This document shows positions 17,617 to 26,843 of a stretch of DNA of 32,000 nucleotides, piece after piece. Source of the DNA: Acaryochloris thomasi RCC1774 (lineage in GTDB: Bacteria; Cyanobacteriota; Cyanobacteriia; Thermosynechococcales; Thermosynechococcaceae); the NCBI RefSeq assembly GCF_003231495.1, contig NZ_PQWO01000015.1:60001-92000 (forward strand), given 5' to 3'. The first letter of the stretch is position 1, and every line of letters begins with the position of its first letter. The translations under genes were made by a program, and so were the position numbers. The notes below the pieces were generated by a model. That model was not told the DNA's origin. It ran no database searches and saw only the letters and a list, made by a program, of their open reading frames with translations.

Positions 17617-18321
17617 ATGACATTCCAAGCAATTAGTAGCATCCTCAGACGCTTGGCAGATCCTGCGATCGCAACCCAATCCCAACGCTTCTTCAAAACG
17701 GGCAAGGGCGAATATAGCGAAGGCGATCAGTTTCTCGGCATCCGAGTCCCCGTTCTCAGAGAACAAGCCAAGAAATTCGAGAACACACCCCTTACCGCAG
17801 TTCAGGAACTACTGGAATCGCCCTTCCATGAAGAACGCCTGTGCGCCCTCCTCATCCTGGTTCGCAAATTTACCAAAGGCAACCCAGAAGAACAGACCCG
17901 CATCTACACCCTGTATCTCAAAGACACCCAGTACATCAACAACTGGGATCTCGTAGACCTCTCCGCCTATCACATCGTTGGTCCCTACCTAGAAAACAGA
18001 GACAGACGTCCTCTCCACAAACTTGCTCAATCAAAAAGCCTCTGGAAACGGCGTATCGCCATCATCTCAACCTTTCACTTCATCCGAAACAACCAGTTCG
18101 AAGAGACTCTAGCCATATCAGAACAACTCCTTAACGATTCAGAAGACCTGATTCACAAAGCCGTTGGCTGGATGCTCAGAGAGATTGGCAAACGTGACCT
18201 AGCAACTGAAGAAGCCTTCTTGAAACAGCATTACAAACAAATGCCTAGAACGATGCTGCGCTATGCCATCGAGAAATTCCCTGAGCCAAAGCGCCAGAAG
18301 TATCTTAAGGGCTTTATCTAG
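17617..18321 (+). CDS. DNA alkylation repair protein (AlkD-like HEAT-repeat family)
   Basis: LADPxxAxxxQRFFKTGKGEYSEGDQFLGIRVP, HEERLCALLILV, INNWDLVDLSA, WKRRIAIISTFHFIR, IHKAVGWMLREIGKRD and MPRTMLRYAIEKF. The 234-aa length is typical. The track ORF (17335..18321) extends upstream only because no stop intervenes. Confidence 0.88.
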   Translation: MTFQAISSILRRLADPAIATQSQRFFKTGKGEYSEGDQFLGIRVPVLREQAKKFENTPLTAVQELLESPFHEERLCALLILVRKFTKGNPEEQTRIYTLYLKDTQYINNWDLVDLSAYHIVGPYLENRDRRPLHKLAQSKSLWKRRIAIISTFHFIRNNQFEETLAISEQLLNDSEDLIHKAVGWMLREIGKRDLATEEAFLKQHYKQMPRTMLRYAIEKFPEPKRQKYLKGFI

Positions 18322-18327
18322 CTCCCT

Positions 18328-18540
18328 ATGGAACAAAGCATTATCGGGTATCACAAAGATACTGAAAATCACTGGGTCGCGGAACTTGCCTGCGGTCACT
18401 TCCAACACGTTCGGCACGACCCACCCATCGTTGAACGCCCCTGGGTGCTGACAAAAGCAGGACGCGCCTCAATGCTTGGCTACAGACTCCAATGCAAAAA
18501 GTGCGAGATCGGCGCTCCGAGAGATGGCGAAGCATCCTAA
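18328..18540 (+). CDS. DUF3565-like small Cys/His protein
   Basis: A 70-aa protein with W..ELACGH.QHVRH.PP and CKKC, recalled as the DUF3565 pattern. Starts 6 nt after the AlkD-like stop. Confidence 0.6.
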   Translation: MEQSIIGYHKDTENHWVAELACGHFQHVRHDPPIVERPWVLTKAGRASMLGYRLQCKKCEIGAPRDGEAS

Positions 18541-18585
18541 GTTACAGCAACTGAGAGGTTACCGCATTCTCTCCAGAGCGAAATC

Positions 18586-19386
18586 TTACTCTCTCACAAG
18601 CGCAGACTTCAGAGACCGACAGTATTCCGAAATGGAAGTCAAACCCTGTGCCGGTGCCCCCTCATTCAACCGCTTCACGAAAGCACTACCGACAATTGCC
18701 GCATCAGCCCCCCAATCCATCATCTGACGGGCGTGCTCCGGCTGTGAGATGCCAAAGCCAACTCCAATCGGCTTATCCGTTGCCTGTCGTAGCTCTTGCA
18801 ACAGCTCATTAACCCGAGACTCCACCTTGGTTCGCATCCCGGTCACGCCAGTAGTGCTGACCAAGTAAATAAACCCCTGCGACTTTTCCGCAATTTTATG
18901 GATACGCTCCTTTGAGCTAGTGGGGGCCACCAACAGCGTCACCTCAACCCCCAAATCAGACGCCTTTTGCAGAAGCGTATCCGCCTCTTCAAGCGGCAAA
19001 TCAGGAATCACAAGCCCCTTAACGCCCGCCTGAGACACCTGTTGCAGATATTTATCCACCCCACGATAGTGAATGGGGTTGTAATAGGTAAACAAAATAA
19101 CGGGCGCTCTCAAGTCAGGAATCAACGTCGTCACCATTGAGAGCACATCATCTAAGCGAGTGCCCCGCTGCAGTGCCCTTGTGGCAGCCGCCTGAATCAC
19201 AGGTCCATCCGCAAGCGGATCGGAGTAAGGAACACCCAGCTCAATCAGATCAGCCCCGCTGTCGTCTAGGCGCTTCAGAGCCGCCGCAGTCGTTTCAAGA
19301 TCTGGGTCACCCGCAGTAATGAAGGGAATCAGAGCACACTGACCGCGATCGCGCAGTCGAGCAAAACAATCAGAAACAGAGGTCAT
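18586..19386 (-). CDS. trpA: tryptophan synthase alpha chain
   Basis: [27 protein letters not shown] and GFGIS motifs, at 266 aa. Confidence 0.95.
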   Translation of the reverse strand: MTSVSDCFARLRDRGQCALIPFITAGDPDLETTAAALKRLDDSGADLIELGVPYSDPLADGPVIQAAATRALQRGTRLDDVLSMVTTLIPDLRAPVILFTYYNPIHYRGVDKYLQQVSQAGVKGLVIPDLPLEEADTLLQKASDLGVEVTLLVAPTSSKERIHKIAEKSQGFIYLVSTTGVTGMRTKVESRVNELLQELRQATDKPIGVGFGISQPEHARQMMDWGADAAIVGSAFVKRLNEGAPAQGLTSISEYCRSLKSALVRE

Positions 19387-19389
19387 AAC

Positions 19390-19698
19390 TTAGGATTCGT
19401 TAGATTCAGCGTCAATTTCAGCTTGGAGCTGTTCCAGTTCTTCGGGCGTCATTTCATCAAGACGCTTTTGCAAAACAGCATCTTCATACTCTTCAAGCTG
19501 CTGATTGTAGGTCATCTTCTGAGTCACCACCCGCAGCAGGTATGAGGCGACCCAGCCAATCAGACCCGCCACCAAAATCACCTGACTCCAGATGCCAGCG
19601 TTTTGACCCTCAATACCCGCCAATCGAAAGACAGCGTAAATCAGACCGCCAGCGATAAAAACGCCAAACCCGATCGCAAGGGCATCAATACGGCGCAT
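19390..19698 (-). CDS. conserved small membrane protein (2 TM plus acidic coiled C-tail; possibly DUF3007)
   Basis: Two predicted TM helices followed by QQLEEYEDAVLQKRLDEMTPEELEQLQAEID. Spaced 2-3 nt from both neighbours. The family name is from memory and unverified. Confidence 0.6.
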   Translation of the reverse strand: MRRIDALAIGFGVFIAGGLIYAVFRLAGIEGQNAGIWSQVILVAGLIGWVASYLLRVVTQKMTYNQQLEEYEDAVLQKRLDEMTPEELEQLQAEIDAESNES

Positions 19699-19700
19699 CG

Positions 19701-19922
19701 CTACGTAATCTGCCTAGGCTTAGGACGAAAATTGAGAAACGGACTCAGCAACAGCAGCCCCGGAAAGAAGAAAAAGACAAAAAAGTACATCAGTAGGCGC
19801 TCAATGGAACCTGCCGTATACCACCGTAGATTGAGGTAAAAATAGGTGAAAGCTGGAATCACCAGCAGATAGCCGCCTAACAGGCTGACGTATAGAATCG
19901 TGGTAGCGGTAACAAGATTCAT
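19701..19922 (-). CDS. ndhL: NAD(P)H-quinone oxidoreductase (NDH-1) subunit L
   Basis: A 73-aa two-TM protein with YLLVIP...YFYLNLRW...[27 protein letters not shown], matching the NdhL pattern (RW...ER...FFPG...PFLNxR). Confidence 0.8.
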   Translation of the reverse strand: MNLVTATTILYVSLLGGYLLVIPAFTYFYLNLRWYTAGSIERLLMYFFVFFFFPGLLLLSPFLNFRPKPRQIT

Positions 19923-20022
19923 AAAATCGAAGTTAATAACGTGAAGCCGCGACGGGCCAGTGTGAGACCACGATCTCCACTACAGAAGATTCCAGGGCCA
20001 CTTTATTTTACTACCGAGTTGC

Positions 20023-21798
20023 TTAGTGGTGCGGCGAACCTAGGTCAAAGGCTGCATGAACCGCCTTGAGAGCTTTAACGCCATCCGTTAGAGGAATCAC
20101 ACAGCTCACCCGAATCTCTGAGGTGGCAATCATTTGAATGTTGATCTGCTCTGCGGCCAAGGCCTGGAACATTTGAGCCGCAACGCCAGGTCGCCCTAAC
20201 ATGCCAATTCCGACAATGCTAAGCTTTGCAACTTCTGAATCGGCAGTCACCGGGCCACAGCCAAGCTGGTCAGCGGCGTCTTTGAGCACATGCTGCGCCA
20301 CCTGCAGATCCGTTTCCCCAACAGTGAAGGCAATATCGCGGGTCATGACGCCCTCAACAGGACGCGATCGCTGGGACTGGATCACCATGTCAATACTGAT
20401 ATTCTTGGCCGCGAGTGCCTGAAAGATTTGAGCCGCCATGCCGGGATGATCGGGGACGTGGCGGATGGCGAGCTGAGCTTGCTTGAGATCGAGAGCAATG
20501 CCTCTCACCGGAGGAGAGGCCTGCTCGGTCCTCAGACTAGTCTGGACAGGGGAGCTGGCGACTTCAAAGGTGCGGCAAAGGAGTTGGATGGCGCGATCGC
20601 AATCCTCCATGGCCACAGTACAGCTCACATTTACCTCTGACGTAGAGATCATCTGCAGGTTGATGCCAGCATCAGCAAGGGTTTGGAACATTTGGGCTGC
20701 AACACTAGGTCGCCCAATAATTCCAGCTCCGACAATGCCAACCTTGGCAACATCTCGATCCACTAATACTTCCGCCTGGTTGTCCCCTTGAGGCGGATTA
20801 AAAGCCACGGAAACCGCTTCAGCCTGCTTGAGAGTATCTTTCGAAACCGTGAACGCAATATCGTTGCTGTTGCCTTCGTGAATAGACTGAATGATTAAAT
20901 CCACATCTAGCCCTTGATGGGCCAGCTCGCCAAATAACCCTGCGGCAACACCGGGGCGGTCGGCAACTCGCAGCAGCGCCACCTTTGCCTGATCGTGATC
21001 AAAGTGAACCGCATCGACGGGGCGACCCAGCTCTAAGTCCTGGAGGGGACGCGCAGAGATGATCGGGGAGATTACGCGCGTTCCTGGTTCATCAGTCCAG
21101 CTAGAGCGGACCACCATTTGAACCCCGTAGTTGCGGGCAATTTCGACCGCCCGAGGATGCAGCACTTTTGCCCCAAGGCTTGCTAGCTCTAGCATTTCAT
21201 CGGAGGTGATCTCGTCCATGAGCTGAGCATCTTCCACCAAGCGCGGGTCAGTGGTGAGAATACCGGGAACATCGGTGTATATTTCGCAGCAGTCAGCTCG
21301 GAGCGCTGCGGCTAGAGCCACAGCTGAAGTATCGGAGCCACCCCGCCCAAGGGTTGTGACATCCCGATCTGCATTGTTACTGGTTCCCTGAAACCCAGCA
21401 ACGACCACAACCTTTCCTTCTTTGAGATGGCGCTCTAAGCGCTGGGGGTCAATGTTCAAGATCCGGGCACGAGTATGGGCCGGTTCGGTGACGATGCCTA
21501 CTTGAGCGCCGGTCAGCGAGATTGCCGGTTGGCCAATTTCTTGCAGGGCCATGCTCAGCAGTGAGATGGTCACCTGTTCTCCCGTGGACAGCAGCATATC
21601 CATTTCGCGGCTGCAGGGGTTGCTGGAGAGTCCGTTGGCGAGTTTTACTAAGCCGTCGGTGGTTTTACCCATAGCGGATACGACGACAACTAAGGCATTG
21701 CCCGCCTCTACGGTGGTTTTGACCCGTTGAGCAACGGCTTGAATCCGCTCAACTGAGCCGACAGACGTGCCACCATACTTCTGAATAATTAACCCCAT
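20023..21798 (-). CDS. lysC: aspartate kinase, long cyanobacterial form with duplicated ACT-domain regulatory region
   Basis: IQKYGGTSVG, GRGGSDTSAVALAA and TDVPGILTTDPR, followed by two tandem pairs of ACT-like segments (591 aa). Confidence 0.95.
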   Translation of the reverse strand: MGLIIQKYGGTSVGSVERIQAVAQRVKTTVEAGNALVVVVSAMGKTTDGLVKLANGLSSNPCSREMDMLLSTGEQVTISLLSMALQEIGQPAISLTGAQVGIVTEPAHTRARILNIDPQRLERHLKEGKVVVVAGFQGTSNNADRDVTTLGRGGSDTSAVALAAALRADCCEIYTDVPGILTTDPRLVEDAQLMDEITSDEMLELASLGAKVLHPRAVEIARNYGVQMVVRSSWTDEPGTRVISPIISARPLQDLELGRPVDAVHFDHDQAKVALLRVADRPGVAAGLFGELAHQGLDVDLIIQSIHEGNSNDIAFTVSKDTLKQAEAVSVAFNPPQGDNQAEVLVDRDVAKVGIVGAGIIGRPSVAAQMFQTLADAGINLQMISTSEVNVSCTVAMEDCDRAIQLLCRTFEVASSPVQTSLRTEQASPPVRGIALDLKQAQLAIRHVPDHPGMAAQIFQALAAKNISIDMVIQSQRSRPVEGVMTRDIAFTVGETDLQVAQHVLKDAADQLGCGPVTADSEVAKLSIVGIGMLGRPGVAAQMFQALAAEQINIQMIATSEIRVSCVIPLTDGVKALKAVHAAFDLGSPHH

Positions 21799-21983
21799 GC
21801 CACCCTGGCTCCCTCACTGCCGCAGTTACTCAACACTATGGTACTCATTGCTTACCAGATCTATAAGATTGTGCGTAGAAGTTGTATAGATTTGCAATTG
21901 CTCGAAGAAGAGGGCAGCAGACGATGGTGGGGTAAACGAAAAAATTCAATGAGACGGAGCCTTATCTTTTAGAGAAACAAAGC

Positions 21984-22010
21984 GGTCGTGGGAAAAATAT
22001 CTCCACGACC
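21984..22010 (-). terminator. possible terminator hairpin after the 22024..22434 gene
   Basis: An 8-bp stem (ggtcgtgg / ccacgacc) with an 11-nt loop. The minus-strand tail GCTTTGTTTCTCT is only moderately T-rich. Confidence 0.4.
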
Positions 22011-22023
22011 ACTCAGGGAAGTC

Positions 22024-22434
22024 TTAATCAAGAGCTTCTTTCACACTGTCAATTAATCCACCCGCAGCTTTCTCAGCCTTAGCGCCTGCTTGCTTAACAG
22101 GATCTTGCTGAATTTTACCAATGTCCTTCATGCGAGAACCAGGAATAGTCTGAGTCGCGGCCTCAACCTTTCGCACAACTTTACCAATCTCAAACCCCTC
22201 TTCTCGCTGGCTGAGAGTGGAAAGATCAGCAGCGGGGGGATTGTCGCCAAACTGTTTGCCGGGGCTAATGTTAGTGGAATAGCCTGCATCAGCTTGGGCA
22301 ATCATTTGAGAGTAGCCCGGTGCCGTGTCCAAAGAAGCCGCCTGTAGGGGATTCTGTCCAACCAAGGACAGCAATAGGAACAAGCTAGCCGTGAACACAA
22401 ATAGCCCTTTGCGGAACGCAAAACTTAGCTTCAT
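22024..22434 (-). CDS. hypothetical secreted protein (136 aa)
   Basis: Clear signal peptide (LFVFTASLFLLLSLVGQNPLQAAS). The mature part is hydrophilic and Ala/Lys-rich with no recognised domain. Confidence 0.55.
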   Translation of the reverse strand: MKLSFAFRKGLFVFTASLFLLLSLVGQNPLQAASLDTAPGYSQMIAQADAGYSTNISPGKQFGDNPPAADLSTLSQREEGFEIGKVVRKVEAATQTIPGSRMKDIGKIQQDPVKQAGAKAEKAAGGLIDSVKEALD

Positions 22435-22583
22435 AGCGCAAACCTTCGTTATGGATACGGGCTAGATTATACCGAGTAAGGACGACCGCTAGATCAAGCC
22501 AGCGGCTGAAGTTGTGCGAGAGGGTTCGTAATTCGGCTCTATCGCTAGATAGAGATCGCCAGATGGCCGCAACACGATCGCCG

Positions 22584-24257
22584 TCATTCCCCTAGTGCGA
22601 CGGGAATCTCTCCCCCTAAAAGTCTCTCTGTTGTGGACTCACCAGACTGTCGGAGCTGACGGTTTAACTGCATTGTGAGGCCTGCGATCGCAACAAGCTG
22701 TAGCCCCAAAGCCGTCAGAATCTGGGCCAAGGGAATAGCCTCAACCGCCATGAAGGCAAAGGGCGTTAGCAGAAACCAAATTGCACCTGTGTTCGTAGTA
22801 TCTGCACCCAAAAGCGTCATCAAAACTAAGGGAAGAACAACCGGCACCGTTAGGGTGGCTGTTGCCCAGAGGTTACGGTTTGAGATCGGTCGCAGCAGCA
22901 CAACTTGATTGAATAGGGCCAGCACTAGGATCAAGGTGGAATTGAAGAGCAACCCCATCAACAGCAACATCTGCTCTTCTTTGAGGTGCCAGAAGGCCCA
23001 AGCTACGATCGGGAAATTAGCGATACCGAGATTAAGTGCGATCGCAACCCAAGCCGGACTGTCATCAGCCCAGATCAAATCTTTCGTGCGCTGAACTCGC
23101 CCCCTCGCAGAGCGATAGGTTCCCCGAAATCTGGCCCAATCCTGCAGCGCCTGATGGTGAGGCAGCAGTAGAACCATCAGCAAAACAAACCACAGCATAT
23201 GGAGAATGAGTAAAAAGCTAATCAGCTCCTCAGTACTACCTTTCGGCCCTAGAGAAAACCCAAGCCAGCAAGTCACAACACAGGCCGTGGCCCAATAGCT
23301 TTGCTTCTTGCTTAGTAAGGGGATTTGGGGATTACGAAATCGGCGCTGTAGCGGCTGCCATAACCATCCAGTCCACAAGCCATAATTTGCCAAGACAAAC
23401 ATAAGTACGAACAAGCCATTACTCCCTAAAGGGAGGCCGAAGAACTGCCAATTCAATAGAGACGGCAAACTACCTCTATAGGGCAGGGCAGGATCAGAGG
23501 TTTGTGCAAGATAGGGCAAAAGCGTTACCGGAGAGAAACCATAGATCCAATCAACTGAACTATGCGAAATATAGAGATTGTTGAACAAAAACAGGAGGGC
23601 ACAAATAATAGCGCTCCCCAACCAAGCCTGAAATCCATTCAGCCAATAGCCCACCAAACCGATTAATAGAGCCACGCTGTAAAAAAACAACCCGCACCCC
23701 AAAACCAATACATCGAAGCTTAAAATTTTTAAGAAAGGGATTTGGGCTGATAAACCTGAGATGTAGCGCAGCGGTAAAGCCACCATCACTGATAAAAAAA
23801 TCAGAATCGGGACGCCCAAAAGTTTCCCCACAAGAATTGTCCAGGCCGACTGAGGGCTGAGGCTGACAAAGGTCAGCGTTCCTCGGCGCTCTTCTTTGGA
23901 CAAATCGCTGATCAGCAAAAAGCTACCGCCAACGACTAAAACAAGCAGCAGCAAAAAACTGCCCCAGGCGAACACGGCCAACCACCACTGTTGCCAATTC
24001 ACCAAAAGATAGTGAGTGCCAAGCTGGACACAGTTTCTGCCTTTGGGATCAGCTGCATTCTCACAAAGTCCGCGGATCAGGTCCAACTGTTGGTACTGCC
24101 AGAATAGGAAAAAACCCTGGCCAAGAAGTGAACAGCAGACTGCCAGCAAAACATTACGGAGCTTGAGCCTCCCCTGCAGCTCCCGCAACAGTTGCGGATT
24201 TAAATCGCCCAGTACTTCCGTACCCGCAATGAAGAGCGGAAAGCGTAACTTGCCCAT
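22584..24257 (-). CDS. ABC-2-type transporter permease with a long extra C-terminal polytopic region
   Basis: ISDLSKEERRGTLTFVSLSPQSAWTILVGKLLG is the ABC-2 permease E..GTLE..L..P motif region. About 12 or more hydrophobic helices in total. The start codon directly abuts the ATPase stop (24257/24258). Confidence 0.7.
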   Translation of the reverse strand: MGKLRFPLFIAGTEVLGDLNPQLLRELQGRLKLRNVLLAVCCSLLGQGFFLFWQYQQLDLIRGLCENAADPKGRNCVQLGTHYLLVNWQQWWLAVFAWGSFLLLLVLVVGGSFLLISDLSKEERRGTLTFVSLSPQSAWTILVGKLLGVPILIFLSVMVALPLRYISGLSAQIPFLKILSFDVLVLGCGLFFYSVALLIGLVGYWLNGFQAWLGSAIICALLFLFNNLYISHSSVDWIYGFSPVTLLPYLAQTSDPALPYRGSLPSLLNWQFFGLPLGSNGLFVLMFVLANYGLWTGWLWQPLQRRFRNPQIPLLSKKQSYWATACVVTCWLGFSLGPKGSTEELISFLLILHMLWFVLLMVLLLPHHQALQDWARFRGTYRSARGRVQRTKDLIWADDSPAWVAIALNLGIANFPIVAWAFWHLKEEQMLLLMGLLFNSTLILVLALFNQVVLLRPISNRNLWATATLTVPVVLPLVLMTLLGADTTNTGAIWFLLTPFAFMAVEAIPLAQILTALGLQLVAIAGLTMQLNRQLRQSGESTTERLLGGEIPVALGE

Positions 24258-25211
24258 TTATGACACCTGTTTGTGATCGAGCTTGTCAAGAAAAATAGTT
24301 TCGAGATCTTCTTGAATGCACTGAAAGTTGTAGAGGGGAATACGAGCCGCCATCAGAGACCGCAACAAATCAGCCGCCGCAGCCTGATCGCCCGTGAAAT
24401 GGACCTTCACCTGCTGTGTCTCTGAATTGACCTGCCAGCCTTCAATTTGAGGGCACTGTCGCAGTTCACACTCCAGAGCCTTGATATCGCCCAGCGTTGA
24501 AATCAAAATCTGCTGCTCACTCAACTGCTGATAGAGATTCTGTAGCGACGTACTCTCCACTAGGTAGCCCAGCTCCATAATCCCCACTGATGTGCACAGC
24601 TCCGCCAGATCACGAAGGATATGAGAAGAGATCAGCACCGTCATCCCCGCCTCTCTCAAAATATTAATCAGCTCTCGAAACTGCACCCGAGCCAATGGAT
24701 CAAGCCCTGAGACCGGTTCATCCAGCAGCAGCAAAATCGGCTCATGAATAATGGTTCGAGCCAGACCGAGACGCTGCTTCATTCCCCGTGACAGACTAGC
24801 CACTGAGCTACGACGCTTGTGGGTTAACTGCACCAGCTCCAGCACCTCTGACAGTCGCTGGCGGCGGCGTGGCTGACGTAACTGATATAGCCGCGCAAAG
24901 TAGTTGAGATATTCCCACACTGTTAAATCTTCGTAAAGCGGGAAATCATCTGGCAGATAGCCAATCAAACGTTTGAGATCGGCATTTGTTTGATTGCGCT
25001 GTAGGCGCTGCCCTCGAATGTAAATCTCCCCCAACGTCGGCTGTTCCGCCGTTGCCAACATCCGAATCAGCGTGGTTTTACCAGCTCCATTGGGACCGAT
25101 TAGCCCAAAGACCTCTCCTTCTTTGATTTCTAGATCAAGATCGCTGACGGCAGCGTGGTGCCCAAATCGCTTCGTCAGCCCTCGCGTCTGAACCGCTATT
25201 TCAGATGACAT
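24258..25211 (-). CDS. ABC transporter ATP-binding protein (ABC-2/DrrA-like, with C-terminal accessory domain)
   Basis: Walker A GPNGAGKTT, signature LSRGMKQR, Walker B LLLLDEP and H-loop SSH. Confidence 0.92.
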   Translation of the reverse strand: MSSEIAVQTRGLTKRFGHHAAVSDLDLEIKEGEVFGLIGPNGAGKTTLIRMLATAEQPTLGEIYIRGQRLQRNQTNADLKRLIGYLPDDFPLYEDLTVWEYLNYFARLYQLRQPRRRQRLSEVLELVQLTHKRRSSVASLSRGMKQRLGLARTIIHEPILLLLDEPVSGLDPLARVQFRELINILREAGMTVLISSHILRDLAELCTSVGIMELGYLVESTSLQNLYQQLSEQQILISTLGDIKALECELRQCPQIEGWQVNSETQQVKVHFTGDQAAAADLLRSLMAARIPLYNFQCIQEDLETIFLDKLDHKQVS

Positions 25212-25464
25212 AATGCTACCGATTCACATCCATACACCAGAGATCGTAGGAGAACAACACAATGTTCCCTGTGATCTGAGTCTCTCTGGCTCATGATGTC
25301 AGCCCTACATTCATCTCAAATTTAATGTTTTGAAGGAAAAAGATAGTTAAGAATTCCTGTTTTTAGAGGAGAATCGGCACCACAACCGCCAGATTCGATT
25401 TATTTTGCGATGATAAAAGCAGGGGAGAATCTCTCCCGTCCAGCGTGCAAAAGAAGGGCAAATC

Positions 25465-26835
25465 ATGGGTATCGCAACGATTAATCCTGCAACCGGAGAG
25501 ACGGTCAAAACCTTTGATGCCCTATCTGCCGAGCAGGTTCAGACAAAGATCGCGCGGGCAGACCAGGCGTTTGCTTCCTATCAGCAAACAACAATGGCCG
25601 ATCGCAGCCAGTGGCTGACCCAAGCGGCTGAATTGTTAGAAGACCCTAACAACAGTCGCAGCTATGCAAAATTGATGACTCTAGAAATGGGAAAGCCGCT
25701 GCAAGAGGCGATTTCAGAGGTCAAAAAGTGTGCCAGCGTTTGCCGCTACTATGCCGAAAACGCCGCAGACTTCCTGGCCAATCAATATACTCAAACAGAC
25801 GCCAGCCAAAGCTTTATCAGCTACCAACCCCTAGGGATTGTATTGGCGGTCATGCCGTGGAATTTTCCCTTTTGGCAGGTGTTTCGGTTCGCTGCGCCTG
25901 CTTTAATGGCAGGTAATGTGGGATTACTAAAACATGCCTCCAATGTGCCCCAGTGTGCGCTGGCGATTGAAGACATCTTGAGCCGAGCAGGTTTTCCAGA
26001 CGGCGTCTTCCAGACTCTATTGATCGGAGCAGCACAGGTGGAATCAGTTGTTAAAGACACAAGAGTCAAGGCCGCGACGCTGACGGGAAGTGAGCCAGCG
26101 GGGGCTAGCTTAGCGGCAGTCGCAGGCACTCAGATTAAAAAGACCGTCCTAGAACTAGGCGGTAGCGATCCCTTTATCATCCTTGAAAGTGCTGATTTGA
26201 ACCTAGCTGCTGAGACCGCCGTTAAAGCCAGAATGCTCAACAACGGTCAATCCTGTATTGCCGCAAAGCGGTTTATTGTGGTGGATGCCATTGCTGATGA
26301 ATTTGAGCAGAAGCTGGTTGCAGCATTCAACGATCTAACCATTGGCGATCCCATGGACGAGACGGTCCATGTTGGCCCATTGGCGACGGCGAGCATCCTA
26401 TCGGAGCTAGATCAACAGGTGCTAACGGCTGTACAGAATGGTGCTCGAGTGCTGATCGGCGGTAATAAGAAGGCTGAGCCAGGGAACTACTACTTACCCA
26501 CAATTCTCACGGATATTGCCCCCGACAACCCTGTCTACTATGAAGAGTTTTTTGGCCCTGTGGCCCTGCTGTTTCGTATCCCAGACTTAGATGCAGCGAT
26601 CAAGTTAGCCAACGATACGCCCTTCGGCCTGGGTGCAAGTGCCTGGACTGCTATACCTGAGGAACAGGAACGCTGCATCGTCGAGCTAGAAGCTGGAGCT
26701 GTTTTTATCAACGGCATGGTGAAGTCAGACCCGCGTCTGCCCTTCGGGGGCATTAAGCGATCAGGCTATGGAAGAGAGCTGGGCATCCCTGGCATTCACG
26801 AATTTGTAAACCTCAAAACGATTTGGATCAAGTAG
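25465..26835 (+). CDS. gabD: succinate-semialdehyde dehydrogenase (aldehyde dehydrogenase family)
   Basis: ALDH motifs FPFWQ, ELGGSDPFI and the catalytic-Cys region NNGQSCIAAKRF, at 456 aa. The function is supported by pairing with the ThDP enzyme 8 nt downstream. Confidence 0.8.
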   Translation: MGIATINPATGETVKTFDALSAEQVQTKIARADQAFASYQQTTMADRSQWLTQAAELLEDPNNSRSYAKLMTLEMGKPLQEAISEVKKCASVCRYYAENAADFLANQYTQTDASQSFISYQPLGIVLAVMPWNFPFWQVFRFAAPALMAGNVGLLKHASNVPQCALAIEDILSRAGFPDGVFQTLLIGAAQVESVVKDTRVKAATLTGSEPAGASLAAVAGTQIKKTVLELGGSDPFIILESADLNLAAETAVKARMLNNGQSCIAAKRFIVVDAIADEFEQKLVAAFNDLTIGDPMDETVHVGPLATASILSELDQQVLTAVQNGARVLIGGNKKAEPGNYYLPTILTDIAPDNPVYYEEFFGPVALLFRIPDLDAAIKLANDTPFGLGASAWTAIPEEQERCIVELEAGAVFINGMVKSDPRLPFGGIKRSGYGRELGIPGIHEFVNLKTIWIK

Positions 26836-26843
26836 ACAAACCC

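Noticed and set aside
21799-22023. Possible lysine riboswitch or other leader upstream of lysC.
   Set aside because: I could not recognise the conserved L-box helices. The region is only about 225 nt and also has to hold the upstream gene's terminator. A covariance-model scan would be needed.
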